Of a DNA stretch of 64,000 nt, positions 1 through 13,189 are shown one piece after another; within the stretch, counting starts at the first letter, position 1; each line of letters starts with the position of its first letter. The position numbers and the translations under genes are program-made. Source of the DNA: Microbotryum violaceum (Eukaryota); NCBI GenBank assembly GCA_001244265.2, contig CDLV01000011.1, positions 186,001-250,000 on the forward strand, written 5' to 3'. A model generated the notes under the pieces. The model did no database searches. It worked only from the letters and a program-made list of their open reading frames with translations, and was not told where the DNA came from.

Positions 1-818
1 TCTTGCGCTTCAACTCGACCAAGTCCGGAGAGGAGTTGACCTCGCTCAAGGACTACATCACGCGCATGCCCGAGCAGCAGAAGAACATCTACTACCTCAC
101 CGGCGAGTCCCTCTCGCAAGTCCGTGACTCGCCCTTCCTCGAAATTTTCAAGAAGAAGAACTTTGAGGTCTTGTTGATGGTCGACCCGATCGACGAGTAC
201 GCCACGACGCAGCTCAAGGAGTTCGAGGGCAAGAACCTCGTGTGCGTGTCCAAGGACGGCCTCGAGCTCGAAGAGACCGACGAGGAGAAGGCGCAACGCG
301 AGAAGGAGACCAAGGAGTTCGAGGACCTGACCAGGACGATCAAGGAGATCCTCGGCGACAAGGTCGAGAAGGTGTCGATCTCGAACCGCATCTCGGACTC
401 GCCGTGCGTGCTCGTCACCGGTGCCTTTGGGTGGTCGGCCAACATGGAGCGCATCATGAAGGCGCAGGCGCTGCGCGACGCCTCGATGTCGTCGTACATG
501 CAGTCCAAGAAGACGCTCGAGATCAACCCGCACAACGCGATCGTCAAGGAGCTGCGGTCCAAGGTCCAGGAGGACGCCGCGGACAAGACCGTGCGCGACT
601 TGGTCACGCTTTTGTACGAGACCGCTTTGCTCACTTCGGGCTTCACCTTGGATGCGCCTACGGACTTTGCCGCCCGCATTCACCGCATGATCTCGCTCGG
701 TCTCTCGATCGACGAGGACGAAGAGCCCGCTGCGGTGGAGGAGTCCAAGGTGGAGGAAGGTTCGGACGCACCCGCTCTTGAGCCCGCCGGAGTGAGCGCG
801 ATGGAGGAGGTCGACTAA
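1..818 (+). CDS. HSP90: Heat shock protein 90, C-terminal part (5' end outside window)
   Basis: Translation contains [24 protein letters not shown] and KKTLEINP, and ends in the cytosolic HSP90 motif MEEVD; stop TAA at 816-818. Confidence 0.98.
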   Translation, partial: LRFNSTKSGEELTSLKDYITRMPEQQKNIYYLTGESLSQVRDSPFLEIFKKKNFEVLLMVDPIDEYATTQLKEFEGKNLVCVSKDGLELEETDEEKAQREKETKEFEDLTRTIKEILGDKVEKVSISNRISDSPCVLVTGAFGWSANMERIMKAQALRDASMSSYMQSKKTLEINPHNAIVKELRSKVQEDAADKTVRDLVTLLYETALLTSGFTLDAPTDFAARIHRMISLGLSIDEDEEPAAVEESKVEEGSDAPALEPAGVSAMEEVD

Positions 819-1191
819 ACGCGCAGAAGATTATCGATGAAGAAAGTAATAAAAGGTGGGGAGGACTTGGCTTCTTCCCCTTCCAGACGTTGTTTTTTGG
901 TTGGGTCCTTTTCCTCTCTCGTGGCTCTAGTTGTCCTTCTTCCTTTTACGCATCATCTCTTTTCTAGACTCGTTTGTTCTTTTGCCTCTTAAAAAGCAAT
1001 GTTTAAAAATGAATGAATGCACCACACACACACCTGGGCCCAAGAAAACCCAAGAGAGAAATCTGGCACCAGAGCTGGCATGGTCCAAGCTCAAATTTGG
1101 CTTTCGCAGGCGCGCGTGGGCGGGGCGCGGGAAGCTCCACCACTCGTTCGCTTGCCTTTCTGCTTTTACCCCTGTCCACATCCACAACACG

Positions 1192-3376
1192 ATGAGTGAA
1201 GCACCTACCGAACCTTCTGCCTCTGTCGCCGCGCCTGCTCTTGCCGTCGATGGCGGTGCTGCTGCTGCTGCTGTTTCCGCTGAGCCGGCTGCTGCTGCCG
1301 CTGGTGCTGCGAAGGACGGCCTGACTCGCGCCGTTGAAGAAGCCGTGGTTGCGCAAGGTTAGTACGAGCTGCAAGACGTCCTACGTGTTACCTGTGATCA
1401 TGTTCGTCTGAGCTGAGCCTGGAACACATCGTACCCTTGTCCGATGATGAACGTGCTCCCGATTCGTCGGTCCAACTTTCAACTTGCAAATTGCCCATCC
1501 CGCTCCTTACACACCCCCTATCTCCAATCCAACCTTCTCCCCTCTCGCCCCACAGTCGAGTTTTACCTCTCCGACTCGAACCTCCCCTTTGACAAGTACC
1601 TGTACGACGTGTGGTCTCGTTCGTTCCACCAACCGGCTTCGATCATCACCTCGACCGCCGACGACCCTTCCTCGAACCCTTCGACCTTGACCGCCCATCC
1701 CGAATCCAAGCACCCTCGTTTCCACCTCGGTTGGATCCCGCTCTCCCTACTCACCTCCTTCAAACGTATGACGCCTTACCTCTCCCCCGCTCCTACGGGA
1801 CTCGGTTCGATCGAAGCCGTCGCGAACGTCGTCAAGGACCATTCTTCCCTCGTCCAAGTCCGTCATTTCGGTTCCGACGATGCCGATGCCGCACAGGAAG
1901 GTCAAGGTTGGTACGTGCGTAAGAGCATCGAATTGAAGCGTCCGCAGGATACGCTCGAACGATCCGTTTACGTCAAGGGGTTCCCCGTCGAAGAAGTTTC
2001 GGTGGACGATTCGACGGAAAAGAAGAAGGCCGTCAAGGAGCACGAACTCGAGTTGCAGGTCAAGTTGGAACAATGGGCCAAGGCGTTGGGGGTAGGGAAG
2101 CTCGTTAGTTTGAGGATGAGGAGGGAGGACCGACCCGTTCCGGCTGGAAAGAACCCCGTCAAGGGGGGTGGAAAGTTCAAGGTCAGTTTTTTTCTCTTTT
2201 TCTTCGGTGGAAGGGCCACCATGGGTGTCGCGGCGGCGACCATTTGACCGTCAAAGCTGATTCTCGGCCCTTTTGATCTGTTTCTCCCAGGGCTCGGTCT
2301 TTATCGAATACGATTCGGCCGACGCCGTAGCCAAATTCCTTGCTCTCGACCCCAAGCCCACGTTCGAAGAAGGTAAAGAGTTGGAAATCAAGTCCAAGAC
2401 GGCCTACGTCGAAGAGAAGCGTCTGATCTACGCCCCCGATTCGAAACCGATCGAGAAACCGACCGTGCCCGCGAACCCTTACAAAAAATCAGCCAAACCC
2501 TATAATGCTTGGGCCGCGAAACTTATCTCCGAATCGGGGTGGCCGGCTTTGGATCCCAAGTCCACTGCGGCTAGGGAGGGAGGAGCGAATGCGGAGGAGA
2601 GGAAGAAGCGTAAGGCCGATGATGAGGGACCGGAGGAGAGACAAGTCTTGTTCGATGGAGTGCGTTATACCGCCCGTCGAGTGAACGGTCAAGTTGAGAT
2701 CGTCGATGAGGATAAGGTCGGAACGGGGGAGGGCGAATGGCCTTCGGGCAAGGTTTTGCGTTTCGTCATTTCCAAAAAGGATGGTTCGACCGAGGGCGAG
2801 AAGGAGACCGGTTCGAGGTTCAACCATCTTCAAATCAAGGAACAACTTTCCCCCTTGATCAAGGTCGGCTTCGTCGAATTAGTAGGTGCTGGAACGTCGT
2901 CGCGTGCAATCGTTAACCTCGCGCCGGGGAAGGACAATTCGATGAACGTCGATGCTCCCAAGCCTAGCGAGTTTTCGGAAAAGCTCTCCGCCCCTCCTAC
3001 GATCAAATCGTCCTCCGAGATCAAGAACACCGAAGCGTCTTCTTCTTCCTCATCCGGTGTGAACCCAGAGGAATACCCCGCTTATTGTCAAGCGACCTTT
3101 AGGGACCACGTCACGGATGAGATCTTGTCCAAGATTCAAGACCAAGTTTCTGAATACGAGGGAAGGAAGATTGAATGGCGTCGTGCTACCAAGGAGGAAG
3201 AGAGGGCCCATGTCATTGGGAGGGCTAGGTATCATGCTGGACAAGCTTTTGCTACCGATACGCGTCATGAAGGAGGCCGTGGCGGACGGGGTGGTGGAAG
3301 GGGTGGGAGGGGTGGAAGGGGTGGCCGTGGGGGTGGAGGACGAGGTGGGGGAAACAAACGACAACGTAGGGACTGA
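1192..3376 (+). CDS. La-motif/RRM RNA-binding protein (La/Lhp1-like) with C-terminal RGG tail
   Basis: Exons ~1192-1357, 1556-2181 and 2291-3376 with GT-AG introns. The spliced product gives La-motif QVEFYLSDSNLPFDKYL...GWIPLSLLTSFKRM, RRM elements RSVYVKGFP and KFKGSVFIEY, and an RGG-rich end. Confidence 0.88.
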
Positions 3377-3608
3377 GCGGTGGTAGATATGAAGAGTTTG
3401 GCTTGTTCTTTTCTGGTACGATTTGCTCTGCACGTTTCTTTCAATACTATCCTGCTAGTTTCTACACTGTGATCAAATGGCCTGCTTGAGGCGTATAGCT
3501 CGCTGAGAGAGGGAGAGAGAGATTGACAAGAATTGCTCAGATTGCACATGTGATGTCGTTCACTGGAAACAAAGTATGTACCAAACGACCTAATAACACG
3601 CTGCTTCT

Positions 3609-5034
3609 CTAATGATCATGATCATCCCCCTTTGACAACGCACTCATGTCGGTCCCATCGATCGAAGCCCCAATCAACTCGAGTCCATCCAACCTCGTCA
3701 CCTCCTCGTCCCCCTGATTCGACGCCACGAACACCGACAAAAGGGTCACATTCTGGAACCTAACGAAACGTAATTGAACGGCTTCTTCACCTTTGGCTTG
3801 CTTCTCGGTCAGTTCGATCTCTTGAGCGGGTTCGAGCGATTCCGCATCGTCGAAGGTTAGGGTCGAGCCGGCGTTGACGAAGAGACGGATCTTCTTGGGC
3901 GCTTGGGAAAGCTTGGAGGAGATGGTCTTGAAGCGAATGGCGCGGATTCGAAGAGCTCGGGTCTTTATGGGAGTCGCATCTCAGCTTCTAAAACGCATCT
4001 TTATGTAAAGCTAGCATTGAAGACACGTCCCCAGTCTCGGACGTACCGGTATCTGTAACAACAATTGCTCGTCGGCATCCGACTCCAAGTACTTGTCTCC
4101 TTCACCTCGAAGCAAGTGTCGGATAGTGTGGTCGGCGGACTCGTTGAGGCAATGCACCTGAGTCATATCGATCCCCGAATTCACGACGGTCTGTGAGCTT
4201 CGACACAGTGATCCGAGGAGGCGTCCAGTGTCGAGTGTACGATCAAGTCAGGACTGAACCGACAACACCTGGTGCCTACTCGAGCGATGACCAAGCCACT
4301 CACGAAGCCTTCAAGACCTTTCTCCGTCGGTGCTGCTGAAGAAGACGAAGAGGCTCGACCACCAGCCGAACTCGATGCCCCGGGTGCTAGTGCATACTTG
4401 GCCACGAGTTGTCTCAACCCGTTCGTATCGGCACCTTTCAACTGTTAAAGGTCGATCAGAAGCAAAGTTTCAGCGAGTCTCGTTCATACAAAGCCTCTGT
4501 ATCCTACATCATTGTTGGTACTCACCTCGTCTACCTTTCGGTTGCCGTTCAGAACGACAAAGGTGGGCATAGCTGAGATGGCGAATTGAGCTGCGACATC
4601 ATGCGCCTGGTCAACGTCCACTTTGAGGAACTGTGGTCAATCAAACAAGCCGACGGAGGGGTCTCAGTCCGGGGGCCCCCTTTCCTAGAGACTAAGGTTC
4701 GACCTTGGTACGACGCACCTGAATCCTACCCGCGTATTGCTGGGCCAAGGCTTGAAAGACAGGGGCGATTGCGTGGCATGGGCCGCACCACGTCTGATCG
4801 CGTTCGCGCAATGAGGAACGTGAAAAGACTCACGAGTCAGTCAGGAATTCATGTGCTTTTTCATACGTACGCTGTTCTCACAGCATGAAAGTCGATGATG
4901 CTGACGGTGCCCTCCCCGGTGATTTGGCTCAGTTGCGCGGCGTGGTTGATGACGGTAATGTTCTGTCACGACATAGGGCATAATACTCGCTTAGAAAACA
5001 TTCGTGGTGGCATGTCTTTGTAGCGACGTACCAT
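3609..5034 (-). CDS. TXNL1: Thioredoxin-like protein 1 (thioredoxin + PITH domain)
   Basis: Minus-strand exons give IIDFHA|TWCGPCHAIAPVF (WCGPC active site near 4775-4793) and FLKVDVD...AMPTF. PITH motifs follow (CLNES, LESDADEQLLL, LRFVRFQNV, TRLDGLELIG). ATG at 5034, stop at 3609-3611. Confidence 0.92.
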
Positions 5035-5397
5035 GGTATGCTAGCGTGTTGTGTGCGGTGTGTGCGACAAAGGAAAAAGCCGGGATCGCCACGCCAGCCG
5101 ACATGTGGGGGGACGTGATGATGTGATCCTAATTCGCCATTACACTATTACACTATTAGTTCCCTACCCGTTGAACAGAGTTGAACGACGTTAAAGCGCG
5201 GAGCGATCGATCTCCGAAGCGCGTACGGCCACGCTTTTGGCTCCTTGCCATCTACCCACTACGATCCCGTAAAGGAACAAACACCTTCTTTGAGCTCCAG
5301 GCTCCACCCACAACTCAACCAACCCAACAGCTCGCCCCCTTGGCCCGCTCATACGAAGCGCGAACGCGAGTACTAGTCTAGCGCGAAAATACCTGGG

Positions 5398-6479
5398 ATG
5401 TCGACCCGTCCCAAGCAGAACCAAGTGCTCTCCATCAAAGGCTCGACCAAGATATGTACAGAGTTTTTTGAGTATTCCGTCAACAAGTGTGTTTTTTTGG
5501 CAGTTCCGGCACGCAGGAACCGTTCACGCTTGACCCACCTTTACCTTGACCATAGCTGAACTGCCCTTCCTCTCCGCCCGCTCTCGAACAGCATCCTCTA
5601 CCAACGAGGCATCTACCCGCCCGACGACTTCAAGCTCGTCAAAAAGTACGGTCTGTCCTTATGGACCTGCGTCGACGAATCGTTGGAACGCTACATCCAG
5701 AACGTGATGAAGCAAGTCTCGACGTGGATGCTGGGAGGCCAGTTGGAAAGTTTGGCGTTGGTGATTATGGATCGCGAGACGAGAGAGGTCGTCGAGAGGT
5801 GGAGGTTCGATGTCGAGATTGAGGATATTGGAGCGGAAAAGGAGAAGGAGAATCAGTCAGTCCTTGGGGTGTCGAACGACCGAGAGCGCAGGGTTATTCC
5901 CTCGGTGCAGAGAATTTTTATGACTCAAATCCTCGGTCATCTTTTTCCTCCGTAGACCCTCCCCTTCATCCGAAACAATACCCGACTCCAACACCCCAGA
6001 GTCTAAATCGATCAAACGCAATACCAAAACGCCCGAAGACATCCAACGTGACATCCAACAAATCATGCGTCAAATCACTTCCTCCGTCACCTTCCTCCCC
6101 GCACTGCAGGACCAATGCAAGTTCCTTCACTGCTTCGTCTACGCACAGGGAGCTTTCTTCTTTTCTTCGGAAAGTGGGGTAACTGATTGAGGTTCCAATT
6201 GGATGTGCACATGCAGATACTTTCACGATCCTCAGTTATGCCAAGAAGAACGCGCCCGTACCGAAGGAATTCATCGATTCGGATCCGCATATGATCGTAG
6301 GTGAAGCCGAAAGCGTGAGTACTATCAAAGGACCCTGGTTCGTTCGGTCAAAAGGCATATCATTGTTGACTTTCACCCTCGGTGTCGAATGATCGCAGGT
6401 CAAATTGAGGTCCTTTAGTACGAACCGACACAAGATCAACGGTTTGGTAGCCTATCGATTAGGCAGCGATATGATCTGA
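5398..6479 (+). CDS. MAD2: Spindle assembly checkpoint HORMA-domain protein Mad2
   Basis: Multi-exon; LSIKGSTKICTEFFEYSVN, ILYQRGIYPPDDFKLVKKYG, VVERWRFDV, IMRQITSSVTFLP, VKLRSFST. Confidence 0.95.
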
Positions 6480-6639
6480 AGAAACCACAACGATGAAAAT
6501 GATCCACGCTCTTAGACGGCTCACGAGTCCTTCTACACATGTATTTATTTCGACGCCCCTCAACACCACGTTTTTTTTTAAATCTTGATCTATTACAACC
6601 ATCGTTCCTACGTTATGCCAACGGAAGCGAAACGCTCGT

Positions 6640-9600
6640 CTACGACCCTCCTTTTCGCTTGCTTTGTTGTCCACCTAGAACAGCGAAGAACGCCGAGGTT
6701 GGGATCGTTACTCGACCGCTGTCGGTGAAAGTGATGCTGAATCAGGATCAAGTGATGGGAATGGTAGAGTTTCAGAGGTAGAGAAGACGTACATGCTCCT
6801 CTCCTTTAGTTTCTTCTTGCCGTCCTTCTGCTTGGCCAAGAGCTTCATCTGTGCGCCGCAGAACAATGGAAAAGGAATGTTTTAGTGCCCACCGTCGAGG
6901 AGTTGCGTAATGCAAAGACCGAGAGTACTATTTACTTTGCGAGTCACGTCACCACCGTAAAGCTTTGCTGTGACGTCCTTTTTGAAAGGGGCGATTCTGT
7001 ACGGCGATGGACGGGGCGAGGTCAGTGACGAGTGTCCGTCGTGGACAAGGTCTTGAAAAGACATACCTTTCTCGAGAGAGGCTATGATCAAGTGAGCCAA
7101 AGAAACATCCTTGTAATCAGCAACGATCCCAAATCCTCCTCACCTCCATCCCTCCCCTCTCGCACAAGCTCACATATGATTCCCCACCGCAGCTTGAATA
7201 ACGACCTCATACTGCTGCCTCGGTACGACCTCCTTCAACCTCTTGGTCCATTCTCTCCCCTCCTTTTCCACCAAGCTCTTGTGCACGACCGAACACAAAG
7301 CGTCAACTTGGGTTCCATTAATCAGAATATTCAGTCGACAAAGAGATGACTCTTCATAAGGGGCTTCTTCGTAGTCGAAGGAAGCGAAGCCAGAAGTGAC
7401 GGATTTAAGACCGGCGTGAAAGTTGGTGACGATTGAGGATAGAGGGAGGGACCAAAGGAGGGTGATGCGACCTGTTGAAGAGGAGGGGTTCGAAGGTGTT
7501 GACGGGGTCGAAAGATAGGTGTGCGAAAGGGGTACTCCGCGGTGGGTCGTGCAGTGATTTATGATCGCTCCCGTGTATTCGTCCGGTGCGACGATCGTGG
7601 CTCGGATGAAAGGCTCGAGAACGGAGGTGACTTTGTTCATTTCCGCGGGGTCGGGGAAGTCCTCCGGATTGTCAATAATGGATTCCTTGCCATTCTTGTA
7701 GATGACTGTGAGAAGTGTCGACAACCCCGAGGAGTTAGGTATAAGTCCCCACCACTGGTGTTCCAACAAACAAACAAACTCACTCTTGACAGGCACCAAA
7801 GGTCTCGTGACAATCACCTCCTCACCATACTCATCCTCCAACCTCTGCCTAAATACATCCATATGCAAACTCCCATTGAAACCCAACCTGAAGCCCTGGC
7901 CCAGAAAAGTCGAACTCTCTCGATTCGACGTCACTGATCGATCGGTAAGGGTAAGACGACGGATCGCGTCTTCGAGTTTAGGAAACCCTCCGGGTTCGAC
8001 GGGGTACACGCCGGCAAATACCATGGATTTTAGAGGCTTGAAACTCTCGAGAGCAGGTTTGGGGTGTGAGGTGAGGTGGAAGGTGTCGCCGAGGAAAGCT
8101 AGAAGGAAAGGATGTTCCTGGCTAGATCAGCTCGAGTTACTTTTTGACCCATCAAGCGTGAACTCGTTGACCTACCATCTTGAACGTCCTTCATCGCGCA
8201 GACGATGTACCCGACCATCCCCTTTCTCAGGATCGTCGAAGCGGGGGATTTGTGTTCGGCGATACTAATCTCGCGAGGGGAGAGGATCCCGAGGTCCAAG
8301 ACAGGGTAAGCCTGTTTGGTCGTTGTCGAGGTGATCGAGTCACCTAAATATCGATACCAAGGTCAGTCTTTCTGAGCCATGGCAACGCCCTTCGAGCAGG
8401 TATTGGCACGTACCCTTCTTGACTTCCCCCTCCACCACCGCGACCAAACTAACGACCCCTCTGAACGGATCGAAATAACTATCGAACGCGAGCGCGCTCA
8501 ATTTGTCCCCTTTGTCCCCCTTTGAAGGCGCAGGGATGTTCTTTACGACGCCTTCCAAGACATCCTGTACACCCAATCCCGTTTTGGCTGAAACGCGCAA
8601 GATCTCGTCTTCTTCACACCCAAGTAAAGCGGCAAGTTCTTGAACGGCGGCCTCGCCTCGTCCGTCGTCTTTGACGAGGTCCCATTTGTTGACTGGGTGG
8701 AGGGAAGGACCTTGATGAGTGATCAAAAGTTCATTGGAATGGGTTCAGCATCGTGTTTGACGTACCTGCGCCAAGCACGGTCAAATTCCTCTTCCTCGCT
8801 TCATCCAAGACGCTCAGCGTTTGGGCTTGGATACCCTGCGATCCACGACAAAACAAAAGCCCCCTTTCATCAGCTCCAAAGAATTCTCGTCCCTCCTCTT
8901 CCTCCCTTCACTCACCTGCGCCGCATCAACCAACAACAGTGCCCCTTGACTAGGCAATAGGGACCTCAACAACTCGGAGGAGAAATCCGCATGGCCGGGT
9001 GTATCGAGTAAGTTTAAAAGGTATTGATGACCGTCTTGGGCGGTATAGAACATACTATCCCAAAACAAATTCAAAAGAGTTCGCATCAGCGTTTTTCCCA
9101 TCTCGGCTCGACTGCTCGGACGAAAAAAAAAAATTGGTGCCTCGCCACGAGCGATTCGACCTTCGGGTCGCGGGGATCAAAGTACTGACGAAGCTGACTG
9201 AGCCCTAACGGTGATACCCCTCTCTCGTTCGACCTTGAGGGTATCCAAGACTTGTTCGTTCTTTTGCGCTTCTTCGAGTCGGTCGTGTGATATTTGAGTC
9301 GGGGGTATCGTGCCCGTCATTTCGAGCATGCGGTCGGCGAGGGTACCTGGAGGTGGGGGGGGGGGTTCGGGTGGCGGTCAGTATCTTTCTCTGGGTGTTG
9401 TGAATGGCATTTTCGTACTTTTGCCATGATCTAGAGAAGGAAAAGAAGGCGAGTCAGAGAGCGCGAAAAGCCAGTTCAGAGAGACAAAGAAGAAAAAGTG
9501 TGGGGGGTGCGCCGTGAACTGACCGATGTGGGCAATGATGGCAAAGTTGCGGATCCGTTCGGGTGGGTAGTGCGAGAGATCAAAGTGGGAAGGGCTCTGT

Positions 9601-9970
9601 TGGAGCTAGAAGGGTGTCAGAGTTCGCATCATAGCTGGTCGTTAAAAGTTGAGTCCGAGGAGGAGCTGAGATGGGACGGAGGACTGACGGGTTTCAGTAT
9701 GGTCGAGGAGGTTGGCTGGGGTGCTGTTCGAGGTGCATGGGAAGAGAAAAATCTTGCACATGGCGGTGTGCACGTGGAAGCAAGGGTTTGAGTACGGTGC
9801 CGCGTTGGAGTCGATGTAGAATGCGATCGAACGACTGTCGAGGTCCAAGTCGAGGATGAAGGTCGCCAAAAGATGAGAGGCACGAACCGCCTACGACTGG
9901 AGGTATGCTTCCCCAATGAGTGGGTGAGAGCTGTCACCCGCCGGTGTAGCGTTGGTAGGTCGATCGACAT
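6640..9970 (-). CDS. GUF1: Mitochondrial translation factor GUF1 (LepA/EF4 GTPase)
   Basis: Spliced product gives [70 protein letters not shown] and [15 protein letters not shown]. The Arg/Ser-rich N-terminus from ATG 9970 resembles a transit peptide; the start is inferred. Confidence 0.95.
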
Positions 9971-10206
9971 GGTGGCCGATGATACAGCTGAACTGCGACT
10001 ACACCGCACGAGCGGGGGCAAGTTGATTACTAATGAAAGCTAGCACTGGGCTATTCCGCGGTAATCTTCGATTTGACAAGATTCGACAGTGCACACGCTG
10101 CTAATGAGGTCGCTTAGAGTGGCTTTAGACGCGCTTGATTCTCCTTCCCGATGGGCCACTTTTGGAATTACTCACTGCTGGCCAGCATCCACCGTCCACC
10201 GACACC

Positions 10207-13189
10207 ATGCCACGAGCGAGCACAAGTCGCCACACACTCGACGTCCCCGAACTTGTTGACCATGATCCTGTTCAACTACGACTCGAGCAACTGTTCCCGT
10301 CGGCTGATCCGGCCTACCTCGCTCAGGTGATCCAGCGCCATCGCCAGCAGCGTCGCACGGACCCTGCCGGCACTCTGGGCAGAGCCCGACGCCGACTCGG
10401 AGCAGGAGCCGGCAACAGCAGCATTAGCAGCAGCAGCAGCAACAACGCATCGCACGGTGACCGCGACGCAGGAGAAGATCAAGAGGACGAGCACAAGGCA
10501 CTCATCAACCAAGTGTACCACAAACTGGTCGAGATCAACCATCACGAGTACCCGCGCTGCGTCAGGCGGCCTTTGAACGATGACGACGTGCTTCCCCCTG
10601 CGTCGATCCTACGCCAAGACCAGGTTCAAAAGAGGTGGCGGCAGCAGGTCACGCTCAGTGGCGGTGACAATAGTAGTCGCAGTCGCAGTCGCAAACAGAA
10701 GCAGCTTCCTGTAGTACCACCTCACACATTGGCACTCGATCGCACGCTTATGATGAACCAGGCCATGTATGTGCGCACAGTGTGTACGTCCGTTCCTAGC
10801 GTCCCGCTCACCCCTTGCCTGTTCCCGCCCAACCCAGAATTCGCCTCCACACGCTGTTTCCGACCACCCCTGTTTCGGATTTGCGCGACGTCGTGGCCGT
10901 GCAACCTCACTCGCACCTCTTTCTCGCTACCGAAGAATTGCTCTTGCGTCAACGTTCTCCGACCAAGGCCAAGTCGACCATGCCCGCGATCAACTGGCAC
11001 ACCTTTTTCACATTCAGTCCCAACGAGAATCGCACTCGAGGAGCCAAAGCGGCTCCACCTGTACCTACTCTGACCCGAGACGACCTGCTCAGGTCCCCTC
11101 GCCACGTCTCACACCTTGTCGAACATCTTCAGCGCATGTATCCCAACGTACCCACCTCGAGCATCCGTTCCATCGTAGCCGAAGGCGGATCGTACTCGAC
11201 CATCCAAGAAGCTGTCTTGAACTGGCGCCAACGCCAATCCAAAGTCAAGGCCTTCTTCAATGACCTCTTCTCCGCCCCTCCTGCTCGTCCTCTCAGCTTC
11301 CATGCCTCTGCAGCACTCGTCACTGAGCCCCCTGAGCTCGTGGAAGAACTTGCGCAAGTGACCCGCAAAGAACGAACTCTCCTCGAGCGCCGGGACGAAG
11401 ACCTCGCGCGCCAACTCAATGCCGATTGGACGCCTCAAGTCGATCGCTTCGAATGCGAATGCTGTTTCTCCGACGATGTGACGTTCGAAGAAATCGTTCC
11501 TTGTTCGACGGGACGACACTTTGTCTGTCGCACCTGCCTCATCCGAATCGTGCAAGAGATGGTGTACGGTGGCACCGTTGCGAAGCCGACGATTCAGTGC
11601 ATGTCAATCGGCGACTGCAAAGAGATGATGGAACGCGATCGAGTGGACCTCGTCTTGCCACTGGCGGTCAAGAAGGCTTGGGATCATCGCCTGGCGCAGA
11701 ATGACATCGAAGCTTGGGCCGGAACGAGCGAAGGGGGTCGTCGCCCCGCCCTCGTGCGATGTCCCTTTTGTCCCTACGTCGAGGAGGTCGTCGAAGATCC
11801 ACTTTGGGGTCGCTTCTTTCCTCTCTTGGTTCGGGAGTTCCCGGCAAGCCCATGGACCGTGCTCTCGGACCTGGCCTTCACCCTGTTCAATCTGTGCCTT
11901 CTGCCCTTGCTTTACTTTTCCACGATCTACGTCATGTTGCTTAATCCGGATCCTTTCGCACCTTACTTCGCCAACGCCACCGCCACCGATTTCGACCCTC
12001 TGGCAGACAACGATCCCGCACCTCACGCGGTACGCCGTCATCCTCTTCCTCGTCCTAACCGATACCTTCGCACCGGGGCTCGCTTCCTTGCGGCCCAAGC
12101 TCGAACTCAACTTTTACGCTCTTCGCGCTCGAACTCAATGACCCTCTTCCGATGCCGCAATACTCCCAACTCGCTCCCCCTCCCTCCCTTCGGCCGCAAC
12201 GTCGAAGCCACTCGAACGCTCGCAGAACTACTGTCCCAACCCTGGTGGCCAGTCCATGCCCTCCACCCACCCACGAAAGCCAACTCCCTTGACCGAGACG
12301 ATCCAGAATGGTGTGGGAAGACGTCGTGTAGGTTGTGCCATCAGGTGGTGCCTTCGGAAGGTATGCATGCGTGTAATCAAGATCGGGAGGAAAGTTTGAG
12401 GTTGGCGATGGAGACGGCCATGTCCGAGGCTGTAAAGAGGGTGTGTACGAAATGCGGGGTCGCTTTTACCAAAGAGTCGGGGTGTAACAAGGTGAGTACT
12501 GAAAGCGCAGTTGGCATTTAAATGGGGTTCTGACTGATGTAAGATGTTTCGTTGACTCAGATGACGTGCCCTCGTTGCGGATCGAATAGCTGTTACGTCT
12601 GTCGTCAGACGATCGGGGACGAAAGCTACGCGCATTTCTGCCAGCATTTCAGGCCGCTTCGTAAGTTCAGCCCGTCTCGGCATAGTGAAAAGTAGCGAAA
12701 CTGAAACAAATGCTCTTGCTCCCCTTCTAGCCGGACGACCCTGTAACGAGTGTCGCAAATGTTCATTGTGGGACACGTCGAGCGACACCGACGTCGCTGC
12801 CAAAGCCGCCGAGGGAGGTTGGTTCTATGCTGTGAGCCGAATGGGGAAACCGCCACACCCGCTGACCCACCACTTTTTGTTCGTCTCTTGCTTTCCTCCA
12901 GCTCGGCAAGCATGGCTCAAAGACCAACCTTCTTACGAACACGCCTTACTCCGTCCAACCGTCGTCGGTCCCTCCGTGGAGCTGCAGGATCCTACACAAC
13001 GCGTGGTGGTGATTGGGCCGCCTAAGCAGAGATACGAGAAATGTGAGCTTCGGGGTTATCATCGCTTCTTTGAGAAGAGGAAAATGAACTGATGGGGTTG
13101 GTTTGATTGTTTTCGAACTGGCAGTTGAGTTGGTACCTTTCGATTTCTTGTGTGACATTTGCGAGACGGTCTTCGCGAAGGGGTTGTGA
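10207..13189 (+). CDS. RBR-type (RING-IBR-RING2) E3 ubiquitin ligase, RNF216/TRIAD3-like, with CUE-like N-terminal helices
   Basis: RING1 FECECCF..CSTGRHFVCRTC..C, IBR start LVRCPFC, and RING2 RVCTKCGVAFTKESGCNK|MTCPRCGSNSCYVCRQ. The last exons were reconstructed by eye to TGA at 13187-13189. Confidence 0.85.

Noticed and set aside
1358-1555. ATGATGA (C-box-like) in La intron 1 as a snoRNA
   Set aside because: No downstream CTGA D-box or terminal stem within the intron.
5035-5397. Short divergent intergenic regions (TXNL1/MAD2, GUF1/RBR ligase, TBC/DNM1) as functional gene pairs
   Set aside because: Head-to-head spacing of 200-400 bp is ordinary in compact fungal genomes, and the sequence gives no evidence of a shared pathway.
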